64,000 nt of DNA from Sphyrna mokarran (lineage: Eukaryota). The first letter of the stretch is position 1. Each line of letters starts with the position of its first letter. A model generated the notes under the pieces. That model ran no database searches and was not told where the DNA came from. It saw only the letters and a list, made by a program, of their open reading frames with translations. This document shows, in pieces, positions 24,853 to 36,377 of this stretch. The stretch covers positions 71,300,001-71,364,000 of the forward strand of contig JAGIQG010000011.1 of NCBI GenBank assembly GCA_024679065.1. Direction: 5' to 3'. The translations under genes were made by a program, and so were the position numbers.

Positions 24853-27514
24853 CTTAAAAAAAACTTAAGATCACATATTGCCTGCCACTGTGGAGCAGGC
24901 AGTGAATTCACACCCTATCCCACTACGGAGACACTTCCCAGCTAGTGGGTCTACATCAGGGAGCCGTATCGATATGTTACCTTACTACCTTACTGTCCCT
25001 CCCTTCTCATTCCTGTCATTTAGCAACGACTGGAATTCAGACCAAGCTGTTTCCAAATGTGCAAGGTCTGGATCTAGTAAAATACATTGTTTAAGTAATA
25101 TTTAAGCATAGACATTTTGTAGGCACACACTCTCTTCCTGTCACATACAGGGTTAATGCAGGCTTTTCCTTTCATAATGCAGCCCATCTCCAAGTCCTCT
25201 ATAATCATTTTTTACAAACACATTATTCTTGCAGTAATATACTGCCAACGTTTGCATTACTCTGCAACAATCATTCTGGTTATAATGTTCTACTAATACA
25301 AATGATTGCATGGAAACACCTCACATGTAATATCCAGAAAAGTTATTTTGTAATATGTAAATACAGGTCTATTAAATGAACTTTTCCAGTGCATCAGCAT
25401 AAAGGTTAACAGGCTGCATCCTTAAGCAAATATTAATGAGCGACGGTAGCTTATTGCTGTGACCTTGGTCAGTCATTTTGTCACCCAGTAGAATTTTACA
25501 CAATGTTGGTGTCATTTTCTTTTTTCATCAAGAAGACTTGTTCATCCAGTTGATTCTTCCTGTCAAAGCTGACTTCAGATTATAAAGTCACTAATGTGTT
25601 AAAGTCAGATTAACCCTTTTAGTCCCAAATGCCCTGGGAATAACATTCTGGATGGATTGAGCCTTGGCTCAGTGCCAGTAATCTCAGTGTGTGATTTAGG
25701 CTTCGTTCCAGACAAAACAGTACAGAGGCATGAGTTCCAAGCTCTGAATACTGGGTTGACAGCCATGGGATGCTTGGACAGAGATAGAGTTACATCCACC
25801 CCCACAACTATCGCCACATCAAACTACTTCCGCTGGTAAGATGCTGGTATTTGTCTAACAACCTGTCCATGTAATAAATGACCTTTGTTACGGAAATAAT
25901 CCAGAGCACGATCTGCTGGATGTTAAAGCTGTGCAAGAAACAATTTACCACATGTAGTCCTTGGTATGTAAAGACAAGGAGAGTACTTTATTTGATTTCA
26001 CCTGGTCTAATTGAATATGTTTTCCAAGGGCCAGTTAATCTCGCATTCTACCAGATTAATGACAGCAATACCTGCTTAAGAAGAGGATGCCATTTTTTGT
26101 TATTTGTTGTTGCAAATGCTGACATTGTTCAGTATTGCTCTCCTGGAGGTTGACTGCAGAAATCACATAAATAATCATTTCTTACAACTGGGAAAATAGC
26201 TTGGCAACAATCGTGTTCAGTGGTGGTAACCAAGTTATTATTATTTCCAGTTGTTAGCAGTCAACTTTTGGAATTGAAATTATATCAAAGGAAATACCAT
26301 GAAATCCAGATTGTAAATCAGATTTGTTTATGAACCATAGCCCTGCTTTTAGAATTGTCATTTTGATTCCAAAAAATTAACCAATACTGTGTGTGTATGT
26401 CATATAAGCATAGACAATTTAATCAGAATAAGACCATTTGGAAGTGGGATGGTGAAAAACATAACTCATAATGAATGAAATTCAGCAAAGATATCATGAG
26501 CTGTGTAGTATTCGAGGGTCTGACACATAAAGGGTTAAGGTGGGATAGTACCACCCATACTGTGATGTAAAAGAACACATGATCCTCATCTGATGTCAAT
26601 GTAATGCTGGACAGAGCTTGGTGTAGAAGCAAGCATGGAGATAGCACCTAGCTCAGAACTCTACTATACTTATGTGTATAGTTTCTAATCGCTAATAAGT
26701 ATTTACTGTCAAATTATCAAAGACTACAATTACCTTAATAAGACCAACCAAAATACACTTGTACCTTCCAACATGGTGGCAGTGAATGGAACAGTTTAAA
26801 ACTTCGCAGGGATGACAGAAGAAAATTAAAATCTAGGAAACTGAAGGACAAATCAAAAAAGCATTCTAATCTGAAGAAAAGCTCAAGAAGCGAAGGTGAA
26901 AAAGGAAATCACCACTGAAAAGCACCAAAGAAAGGATTGGTTGCTAAAGCAGAAATTAAATTCCACACTTCAAAGGAAGACTCTACTAAATCTCATGGAA
27001 GTCCAGCTTCAATACCCAAAGTGTGCAGAGTAAACAGAACTAGCAACGATGAGTTAAAATTTTAAAATTGCTGGACAGCAAAATCCTTGAAAAGGGATAA
27101 TAACTTCAGTGGTCAGAAATTGCTGTTTAAATCGCAGTCCAAAAAACTCGATTCCCAAGCTCACTCTGAAGGAAGAGGAAAAGTATTCATTCCTTAAAAA
27201 TTAATTGCAATGAAGTAGGCAACTTGAAAAACCCAACAAAGGCAAGAGTTTGATGCTTTCATCAAAGCATCAAGAAATTCCATGGGAAATTAAATTACAA
27301 TGTTCAATAAACATAGAGGCTGAGAGCTGAAGAAGCATTTCTTCAGCTCTCAGCTGAAACCTTTGGTTTTTGGAAGTCTCTTAAAGCAGAATCTGCAATT
27401 TACAAATCAGAAATCCACACTTCTAGAACAAGGCCTAAAATTTGAGATACATGATTGCTTCAGATCTGGATAAAAAGCCTGGCTGAACAATTTAACATAC
27501 TACTTTATTCAGTA

Positions 27515-27715
27515 TATCTGGGATTGAGAATCTACTGATGATTGTCGGAGAAACCCATCTGGCTCATTTATGTCCTTTCGAGAAATCTGTTGACTATACC
27601 TGGTCTGGCCTACATGTGAGCTCAGAGCTACAGCAATGTGGTTGACTTTCAACTGCTCTCCAAGGGCAACAAGGGATGGACAATAAATGCTGGCATTTAT
27701 AAATAAAATTTAAAA
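27515..27715 (+). mobile_element. SINE 3' fragment inserted in the Gypsy gag
   Basis: aaacccatctggctcatttatgtccttt...cctggtctggcctacatgtga...caataaatgctggc is shared in reverse with 56553-56750 and 57975-58375. Confidence 0.75.
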
Positions 27716-27808
27716 AGGTTCAGCAGCCAAAAGGAGACAAAGAATCAAAGGATCATCTGAGAGATTTGATGAATTTTTAAAAGTCATTCAAGGCTTATTT
27801 TAACCTCA

Positions 27809-28019
27809 ATGCAGAGATGCCGGTGTTAGACTGGGGTAGGCACAGGAAGTAGTCTCACAACGCCAGGTTAAATTTCAACGGGTTTATTTGGTAGCACAAG
27901 TCACAAGCTTTCAGAGCGCTGCCCTTTCAGCAAGTGAGTCTCACCTGATGAAGGAACAGTGCTCTGAAAGCTTGTGCTATCAAATAAACCTGTTGGACTT
28001 TAACCTGGTGTTATGAGAC
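27809..28019. mobile_element. Fold-back Penelope-type element (family A) with hammerhead-like core and TSD
   Basis: About 80-bp imperfect inverted arms at 27851-27938 and 27940-28020; core ctgatga-a-ggaa-cagtg-ctct-gaaa-gctt at 27945-27973; TSD tattttaacctca (27796-27808) / tattttaatctca (28020-28032). Confidence 0.85.
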
Positions 28020-30153
28020 TATTTTAATCTCAGAAGCAACTAAATCCTTGAAAGGAATAAATTTAATAAAAGCATCCAATAGCCAACAGAACGTGTCACA
28101 CCCTTGATTAATAAGCTGTACAGAATGGCATCAGGCTGCAATTATGCTGACTTGCAATCTGAGCTAACCAGAAATAGTTGTAGGAGTGGTGGATGATGTA
28201 CTTTCAGACATGCTTCAATGGAAGTAAGATCTAACCCTTGAGAAAGCCACCCAGATTGTCGGGTAATCTGAAATCCATTTGAAGCACATAAGGGGACGGA
28301 AGCAAACCACAACAATGAGTAAACTCCGCTGTCCAACTAGTGAAACAGTACCAAAATAGAATTGGTTGCATCAATCGTTTCTTTCTCTGGATTTAGAGAC
28401 GGCAGATTGTCTAATGTACAAGCTGATGCCATTGGCCCATTGGAATCATCAATAAACATAGAAGCTAAGAGCTGTTGTGACCCCAAAGTCACTGGCAGTT
28501 CTTTGTGTGGATAGGTTCGCCTGCAGGTCATTGCAACACACAACACAACTTAGTCGCACTTTCCCCAATGTATCAGAGCTTTCACGAGCATCGTTGTTCT
28601 CAGATGATTGTAATTTTGTGTATTTCCGTCTTTTAACAAAGATTTAAAAACAGTGACAGATGGTGCACACCAACTCTTGTGCCCCTTTACTGACTTTATA
28701 TTTGCTTCATCCCTCAAAGAGCACTGGGAGAGGGGGGAGTCCCCAGTGAAACCTTTTGTCGTTTCTGAAAATTGTGCAACTTTGAATATAGCTCTGTCAA
28801 TGAATTCCCAAACACAGCTCAATCCCTTGTAGACCTGCACATCTATTTTACACAGGAGTGTATATGAATTGTGTTAGGCATAAATATACGTTAGGAAATT
28901 GTACGGACATTTATTGGCAGAACAGCAATATGTTTTCTTGGAGTTCTCACCTCCACCCATCATATACTCCACTCCAAATTCATGGAATGTTCTTAACAGA
29001 CTGCTGTGTGATATTACTAACTTCCACCCCTTTTCCTGTTTCAGCTGTGTTCACATTTTATCTAAAATGAGAAAACTAGGCTAAAGAATTTCTGATAAGC
29101 GTTGATCTGAATTTGTAATCTAAAATAACCTGAACAATTTGATTATATCTGCATTTGACTTGAGTTCAACAAGTTCACCTTTTAAAAAGGAACATTCTCA
29201 GAAAAATATGAAAACAGCTGAAATGAACTTCCGTGCATTTATATTGCTGTTTCTCATATCCCTTCAGTAGGATCTTGTCTTCATACAGGACATTGTCTGT
29301 TGTTATAACTCAAGCCATCCTTCAATTTTTTTTTAAAGGAAAGAATGTTGTTTTGGACGCAGCAGATCAGGAGAAGTCTATAGTATTGCAAATTACTGGG
29401 AAAGTCTGATGTTCGTCAGTCTAATATGACTTTTTTTTTAATTGTGATTCTTCCAGGAGATGCAATGGTTGGTGTCTGGTTTGTTTAATACTGCAGGATA
29501 TGTCGGAATCTTGATTTGAGCTCCCCATGTCCAATTAGAATGAAGTGTGTGGCATGTTGAATCATTAGCTGTGTGGCATTCAATAAAGCTGCCCATGCCA
29601 TTTTTAACTCACACAGTCTAGGCAGCCTGTGATACCCTTATATCCATCTCCCCACCATACTACCACCACCACCATAAAATTCTCCTTAAAATTCTAAAGT
29701 GGTAATTTAAATACTTTCATTCAGACTCCAAGCACATTTTATTCAGCAAATATCGATTAGCCCCCTTGTATTAACCTCACAACAGATACCCACTGTCAGA
29801 AAACAGTTGACCAAGAGGAACCCAGTGAGTTTTTTTTAACAGGATTCCCTGATTTCTGCTTATGCTTCCTCTGCCTCAGGCTTCCTATTACTGTGTGGGC
29901 CCAGGGCTGCAACTTCCTCCTGCATTCAATCCATTCCCAGCCATTAGCTTGGTGTCATTGACATCAAGTTCAAATGGGAGTGAGGCCTGGCCTATGAGAA
30001 TTAAAGCATCCAGATCTCATGTACAGTGAATCAGCATGTGTTTGAGGATTGGAATTCATCCTGAGTTAAAATTCTAAACCTTAGTTTAGAACTAAGGTTC
30101 TAAACTCTGACGCTGTAGTGATACTGTAAGTATCTATCCCAAAGCATTCTGTT

Positions 30154-30278
30154 GAGCTAGATTTTCCAGCTGCATTCACTCCCAAGGCTAGAAAATCCCA
30201 CCCAAGGTCAATGGCTCTTTGGGACCATGTCCCATCTGCTATGATTCCCATGGCAGATGGGAGGGGAAAATTCTACCC
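30154..30278. mobile_element. About 125-bp MITE family copy
   Basis: TIRs gagctagattttcc / ggaaaattctaccc; internal gaaaatccc..ggtcaatgg and atgattccc motifs. Confidence 0.7.
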
Positions 30279-30329
30279 ATTGTGTTTCACTAGTGGTAAT
30301 GTCATGTTGGAGCCTGTGTCTGCCTTCAG

Positions 30330-30638
30330 GAATCATAGAATCATTGAATCCCAGAATCCCTATAGTGCAGAAGGAGGCTATTCGGCCCATCAAGTCTGCA
30401 CCAAACACAATCCCATCCAGCTCCTATCCCTTATCCCTTATCATCATAATTGTCCCGTGACACTAAGTGGTAGCTCAGCATGGCCAATCTTTGGACTGTG
30501 GAAGGAAACTCGAGCACCTGGAAGAAACCCATGCAAACATGAGGACAATGTGTAAATCTATATGGACAGTGACCCAAGGCAGGAATCGAACCCAGATTCC
30601 TGGCACTGTGAGGCAATAGTGCTAACCAGTGTGCCACT
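30330..30638 (-). mobile_element. HE1-type V-SINE
   Basis: Reverse complement has A box tggcacactggttagcact, B box ggttcgattcc, the V-domain and a gattctatgattc tail. Confidence 0.9.
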
Positions 30639-30704
30639 CTGTAGGAAATGCAATCATTTAATTTGACATTTTAGTAATGACTGTTTGGTAGAAGAGAACA
30701 TGAG

Positions 30705-30860
30705 TATTGCTAAAAAAACACATTTTGTTGAAGCTTTTTATCTTGCACTCATCAGGACAATTGCAAGAATACCAATGTCAGCGGAAACAACAAACTTATA
30801 TGATATGAGAAATCAGTTCTGATTGGTTATCAAGTGGATTCTGATTGGTAGAGGCATGTT
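30705..30860 (-). mobile_element. Penelope-type repeat fragment (family C) with hammerhead-like core
   Basis: Minus strand 30726-30756 reads cctgatgagtgcaagataaaaagcttcaac: CUGAUGA, a decayed GAAA box and an AAGCUU palindrome. Confidence 0.5.
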
Positions 30861-31544
30861 GCTGTTTATCTGTTTGATATTCAATTCTATTAATGGAAAC
30901 TAGAGAAAAATGATTTACATTTATATACTGTCTTTTAAATCTCAGGTTGTCTCTTTTAAAGTGTCATCATTATGGTAATGCAGGAAGCATTACAAAAACA
31001 TTGCTTGCAATGGAGCAGAAATATAACAGGCAGTGGATTTAATGCTGCCTTTTGCTACTAATATCCAAGGTGACCTTTTACCCTGAAAATCTGGCTTATG
31101 CTTGGCAAGTCTCAGCATGTGTGTCCTAAACTCTGACCTTCCAATGTTATAGCTTGTATTCAATTTCTGGTAGTGTGATGATAAATTACAGATCTAATTT
31201 TGTGTAGCCTAGACCCAACACAAAATCTCTTGACTTGACTTCAAGAGTTCAGGCTGTCCCAGGAGCCCAGCAATCCTTTTATTGGCAGGAGTCCAGTGAT
31301 TGTACCAGGATTTAATGAGCACTTCTACATTCAACCACCCAACAAACAATTCGAAGGGAAATGAAGCAAAAGTATGTCATATCACTTCCAATAGCTTTGT
31401 TGGATTTGCTTGCAGATATAACTCAGGAAAACACAGGTCGGTGTTATGGAGCAGAGATGCTGACAGCCAAAGCCTTTCCTCTTTTTCTTCTATGGCTATT
31501 GTTCCTTTGGCACAGATTAGAAAAGGCTGTCCTTTAAAACTTTT

Positions 31545-31880
31545 AGAGGTGGCTCCAGAGGCAGGGAGGGATGAGGTCAAGGAGTTGGAAACACGATATG
31601 GATTTTAAAATTGAGGTGGTATTAAAATCAAGACTAGGAGCCAATCTGGGTCAAGAAGAACAGGGGTAACAGGTGAACTTTGCAAGTTAGTCAGCAGATA
31701 GCAGTTTTAGATGAGTTCAAGTTTACAGATGTAGTTGACCAGTTTGATGAGCATTGGAATAGTTATATCTAAGAATAACATTGACCAGAATGAGAGTTTC
31801 AGCAGCGGATGATTTCAAGGTAGAGACAGATGATGTTATGAGTGTGGAATACAAAACGTACTTTAAGATTGTCAGAGAGC
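31545..31880 (-). mobile_element. Degenerate L2 LINE fragment
   Basis: Collinear similarity with 4640-4950 and 40200-40480 (gcagttttXgatgagXtXaagttta; atgagXgtttcagc). Confidence 0.65.
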
Positions 31881-32598
31881 TGTTCGATGCTGTTTTAGCC
31901 AACTTATTCCATGAATCAATATCAAGTGGTCATTCAGCTCACTGCTGTTTACTGGATGTTGCTAACACTGAATAAGTCTGTGTCTGTCAATATAACCATT
32001 GCAGGACTTAAAAAAATAATTAAATAAATGTGACTTACTTTGAGTTTCAATGCAGTAATGCATTTCACAATTTTCTTTCCAGAACAGTTTATCTGAATCT
32101 TTTATACATTATCTGTTTGTGCTCTAATTTGTTCTCTCTCCGATATGTCTAGTTATTGGCATCCATATTTGTGTTTCTTTTAATATGTATTTAGTGCACG
32201 TCCTTCAGACATCAAGATGTCAATGTGTACATTCCTAATTCCTAATAAATCCCAGTGTAGCAATTTCCACTCGTATGGGCGAGGATGCCATGCACTGATA
32301 TTCCTGACAGTGAGGAAATAAGGACAATAAGAAGATTAATTCACACAGGTCACTACGAGGGCAATGTTGTAGTAGTTAAGGAATTTGAACCTAAACCAAC
32401 AGAGGCATTGAGGGATGGAAATGTGCCTTCGAACAATGGTGCAAACAAGCAATATCGGATTGGCTGCCTGTTGCACCCTGTACGTGATATTTAATTCCAT
32501 TGACTGCCATGGAACTGAAGATCATGAGCTGTTTGTTGCAAGCTGGCAATCCAACACTGCCTGTTTCTACTCCTGAATATTTTTGAAATAACTTATTT

Positions 32599-32710
32599 GG
32601 TGGGATTTTACGACCTCACTCGAGTGAGACCGAAATTCCTGTGTGATATTTCCATTGTGCATCCCTTGTCTGCTCCAATTCCACGGCAGACATGGTGGTA
32701 GAATTCTGGC
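32599..32710. mobile_element. MITE family copy
   Basis: Termini ggtgggattttac ... gtagaattctggc. Confidence 0.5.
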
Positions 32711-32716
32711 AATTTT

Positions 32717-33134
32717 CCAGGTTCATGGCATCTCATCGAGCTTAACAGCTAATGGAGTATGTCATGAAGAGTAGTCAGGGTTATGATGCAAGAAACAGAG
32801 CCATCTTGCACATTGCAAATTCCAATGCACGGCAATTTAATACTGACCAGATAGTCTGCTTTTTATGATTTTGATTAAGGGACAAATATTACTCGGGACA
32901 CCAGAAGATAACTCCCTTGCTCTTCTTTGAAATAGTTTGATGGGATTTGTTACATCCACCCAAGCAGACAGGTGATATATTTAACATCTCAGTCAAAAGA
33001 CAGCATCTTCAATAGTGCAGCGCCTCAATTCTGCATTGGGGTATCAACCTTGATTTTTGTGCTCAAGCCCTGGAATGGGACCATAACCTTCTGCCTCAGA
33101 GGCAAGGGTGCTACAAATTGGGCCATAGCTGACC
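32717..33134 (-). mobile_element. Deu-SINE (SacSINE1/AmnSINE1-like), near full length
   Basis: Reverse complement contains Deu-domain-like ggtggatgtaacaaatcccatcaaactatttcaaagaagagcaagggagttatc...gtgtcccgagtaatatttgtccct and a tRNA-like head gtcagctatggcccaatttgtagcaccct. Confidence 0.8.
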
Positions 33135-36056
33135 ACAAAAAAGTACTCCTTGAAAGCACATGGACTATTCTTTTTACATAAGGATCACTATATGAACATT
33201 GGATGGTATAAAGTCAAGCAGATCAAGGAGATGCTAAGTTCCTTTTTAATTGCCTGAGTCCAGTCAGCATTGTATTGACCAGCAGATGCCTATGTTTGAT
33301 GAGGACTGGAAAAAGTTTGCTTGCTATGGCTAACAGACCGTCTAGATACAGAGGCGAAAGAAAGAAAAATACCAGAAAGTCACAATTAAACAAGGAGACA
33401 TATTCCAGCAGAACTCACCACTTATGCAAAGGTTAGGGAAAACAATTTGAGGTAATGTTGGACAAGTAATACATGCATAAGCATGTGTACAGAGTCACAA
33501 TCAGCTGAGCTCAATGTGGGATTGTTAGTTCAGCATCATGGGCTAAAAGATTGCATTTGTTTTAGTTGCTATACAGGGCTGGCTGCATTTGACCTAATGT
33601 TTTCTAGAATAAAGCTTATCAAATAAAAAAAAACATCACAAATACAAGCACATGGGCATTATATCTCATCTTTGAAAAATTGCATCCATTTGTATTACTT
33701 AACAGATATAATGAAATAGTTCTCCAGTTAAAATAAACAAAAAATACGATTTAAAAAAATTCCAGTAAACTGCTTGGAGTACAAGGTGTTAGCCATAGTC
33801 CAGTTGCAGAATCAGAGGTTATTTTGTGTAACCTCAGGTACTGGATGCCATATAACTTCCAAACTTGATTTTTCATACTTCAGGCCAGTCTCTCTGAAGA
33901 TGATCAATGTGTCCAGGAATTAACAATAGTCTACTTACCAGTTAAGTTGAGTCCATGAGACAATTTGGAAATTTTACAGCAGATCTCCCATAGCATTGCT
34001 CGTAGTAAGACGCAAAGTCTGTCATTTCAAAAAAAAAATTCATCAAGTAATGGACTAGCCTGTTGCAAATTTGGAACTAGAAATAATTTGGACTACTATT
34101 TTAAGATCACAAGGTTCGATTAGGCACATTGCAAGGTTAATTAAAAACAAATGGTTGGCTCATAAACTTATCAAAAATGTGACAGAAATTTTGCACGAGG
34201 TGACAAAATGTGACATTGCAACATGTTGGTATTTTTATAGTTTTTATACACTATAATGTGATCACTTTGAAATAAAGCTATTGGTTTGAACAGCATTAAT
34301 CCTTAGGAGCATCACATTTAACTTGTGCTCTGCGCAGTCACCTCATCTAAACCAATTTGAATAAGAAGATGCTGTGCGGTGGCTCCAAAGTCTCTCACAT
34401 GGAAGGACAAGGAACATTAGGGCATAGGATCACAACTGGTCAATCCTTTGTATCCTTTGGTAGATTACCCTGGGTTATTGGTTGTGAAGTAAGCTAAGTA
34501 CCCATCTTCTCAGCTGTAACAGTGTCATTCGAGGCAGTTAAACAAAGGGGTTAAATTACAGAGGGCAATAAGTTGACTGTTACTTGAAAGCTCTCCCATA
34601 AAAAGGAAAGCTTTAAAACTCCCACTGACCTGCCAATATCAGAGCAACATAACATCCTCACAATCACTTGTGTAACAGCTTTTGTGCACTCAGATTGAAA
34701 TAAATTTGGTAGATAACTACACTGCAAAGGAAACAGATATTTAAAATCCAAGAAATTAAAATATTATGGTATCCTTTCATGAATTAGAGTTTAGAGGAGG
34801 TTGTTAAAAACTGAAAAAAGCGGTATAATGTGTTGAAGGAAAGGATGTAGATTTGAACAGTGAAAGCTTCTTTCTTCTCATTCTGAAAAGGAAACCCAAA
34901 GTGCTCTCCTCTTTTAACACAATGTTCAGTGGTGACCTGCTGAGGTGACATCTTTAAAAATAATTGTCTACTTACCATTAGATGCAGTCGTAGAAAGTTT
35001 TACAGGAACCATGAAAATGGTCTCTGAAAAACTGGCCTCAGCAGGATTGTGTGAAAGAACAAAACAATGTGACTGGGTGATTTATAACAAAAAAAAGTAT
35101 ATAGTAAGTAGAATTTTCTACCTAGCTGCAAGCCATAATTCATACTGATCTCTTATCAAGATAAAGTACCTTTTCTCTGAATGATCTGTGTGGTTAAATG
35201 ATTTTGATAAATGCCAGTACATAACAGGTAGCTGCTTCACAAACAATCAAGATAAACTAGGCTTACTGGGAGACGAATGGTAAATTGCTTTCCTTGGTTA
35301 TGTTTAAAGCTCTACAATTTCCTTATCAATGGTATAGTCTGCTGACCTGAGGTGGAGTTGTTGTAAGATGAAAGAAACCTTGATTATTTATGCTCAAAAT
35401 GCAGTCGATTTTTTTGCAGTGAATAGCAGAATTTCAGCTGCACAAATGTTCCAAAATTACTACATTTACAGCATTTTGTAGGTTGCTGGAAGATATTAAG
35501 AGTACTTAACTACAATGGTCATTAGCATGGAAACTTTCAATTTTGCCAATGATACTAACACCAGTTTTATCCCAACTAAGCCCTTACATCAGGAAGGGGC
35601 CAACAGTGAAAGTGACATGAAATGTGTAGACTTGAGGCCAAGCCATTCCAGCAGATTCCCAATGTAATTTCACTGGAAATCCATTAAATTGGCTGACAAC
35701 TAGGCTGGAAGGCGGTTATGCCAGATCCCAGTCGAGTGCTGAAGTTTCCAAGATAGTTTTGTATGGGTAGATTGAATCACATCTGTCCTGTTCAAACTAC
35801 TAAGTAGCCTAATATTGGTGTAAAACAACTACTGAGAATATTTGTCATATGGCTCCTTTGATTTTGATGAGAAATGGATGAGAAAATAATGATTTAATGG
35901 GACAAAGGAATGAATCAAAAAGGAATAATCTAATTGAGGGGTTTAAAAGGCATCATGGTCTATTTCATCCTCATTCTCTTAGACACATCATTGACAAGTA
36001 TCTGTTCTAAATATACCAGATGATAAATGTTTGAGGGTTTTGGAGACAAAATTTTG

Positions 36057-36377
36057 CGTGGCGCTGTGGCACAGTGGTTAGCACTGCTGCATCACAGCAC
36101 CATTGACCCGGGTTCAATTCCCAGCTTGGGTCACTGTCTGTGTGAAGTTTGCATATTCTCCCTGTAACTGCAAGGGTTTCCTCCAGGTGCTCTGGTTTCC
36201 TCCCACAGTCCTAAAATATGTGGGTTAGGTGGATTGGTCATGCATAAATTGCTCTCGAGTGTCAGGGGACTGACAAGGGTAAATGCGTGGTGTTAGGGGA
36301 AAAGGCCTGAGTGGGATTATGGTTGGTGCAGACTTGATGAGCTGAATGGCGTCCTTCTGCACTGTATGATTCTATGA
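36057..36377 (+). mobile_element. HE1-type V-SINE, full length, CR1/HER1-type tail
   Basis: A box tggcacagtgg, B box ggttcaattcc, V-domain gggtttcctccaggtgctctggtttcctcccacagtcc, tail gaatggcgtccttctgcactgtatgattctatg. Confidence 0.93.

Larger units (their letters stand above)
26502..28290 (+). mobile_element. Decayed Ty3/Gypsy LTR retrotransposon: putative 5' LTR, PBS, leader and gag remnant
   Basis: Putative LTR tg...aaca ends at 26773 and is followed by tggtggcagtg, complementary to the 3' end of tRNA-Leu. Gag-like peptides: LRYMIASDLDKKP/EQFNILLYSV (about 27442-27514), YFNLRSN*ILERNKFNKSIQ*PTERVTPLINKLYRMASGCNYADLQSEL and IVVGVVDDVLSDMLQWK*DLTLEKATQIVG*SE (about 28020-28275). These resemble Gypsy gag motifs ERAKFNxRxQ, RDRIVVG and LTLEKA. 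The LTR start is approximate. Confidence 0.78.

Noticed and set aside
32285-32494. 69-aa ORF with protein-like composition
   Set aside because: No recognisable motif and no convincing splice sites.
36057-36130. tRNA gene
   Set aside because: The A and B boxes belong to a SINE head that continues into the V-domain; there is no complete cloverleaf or pol III terminator. The same applies to the other SINE heads.
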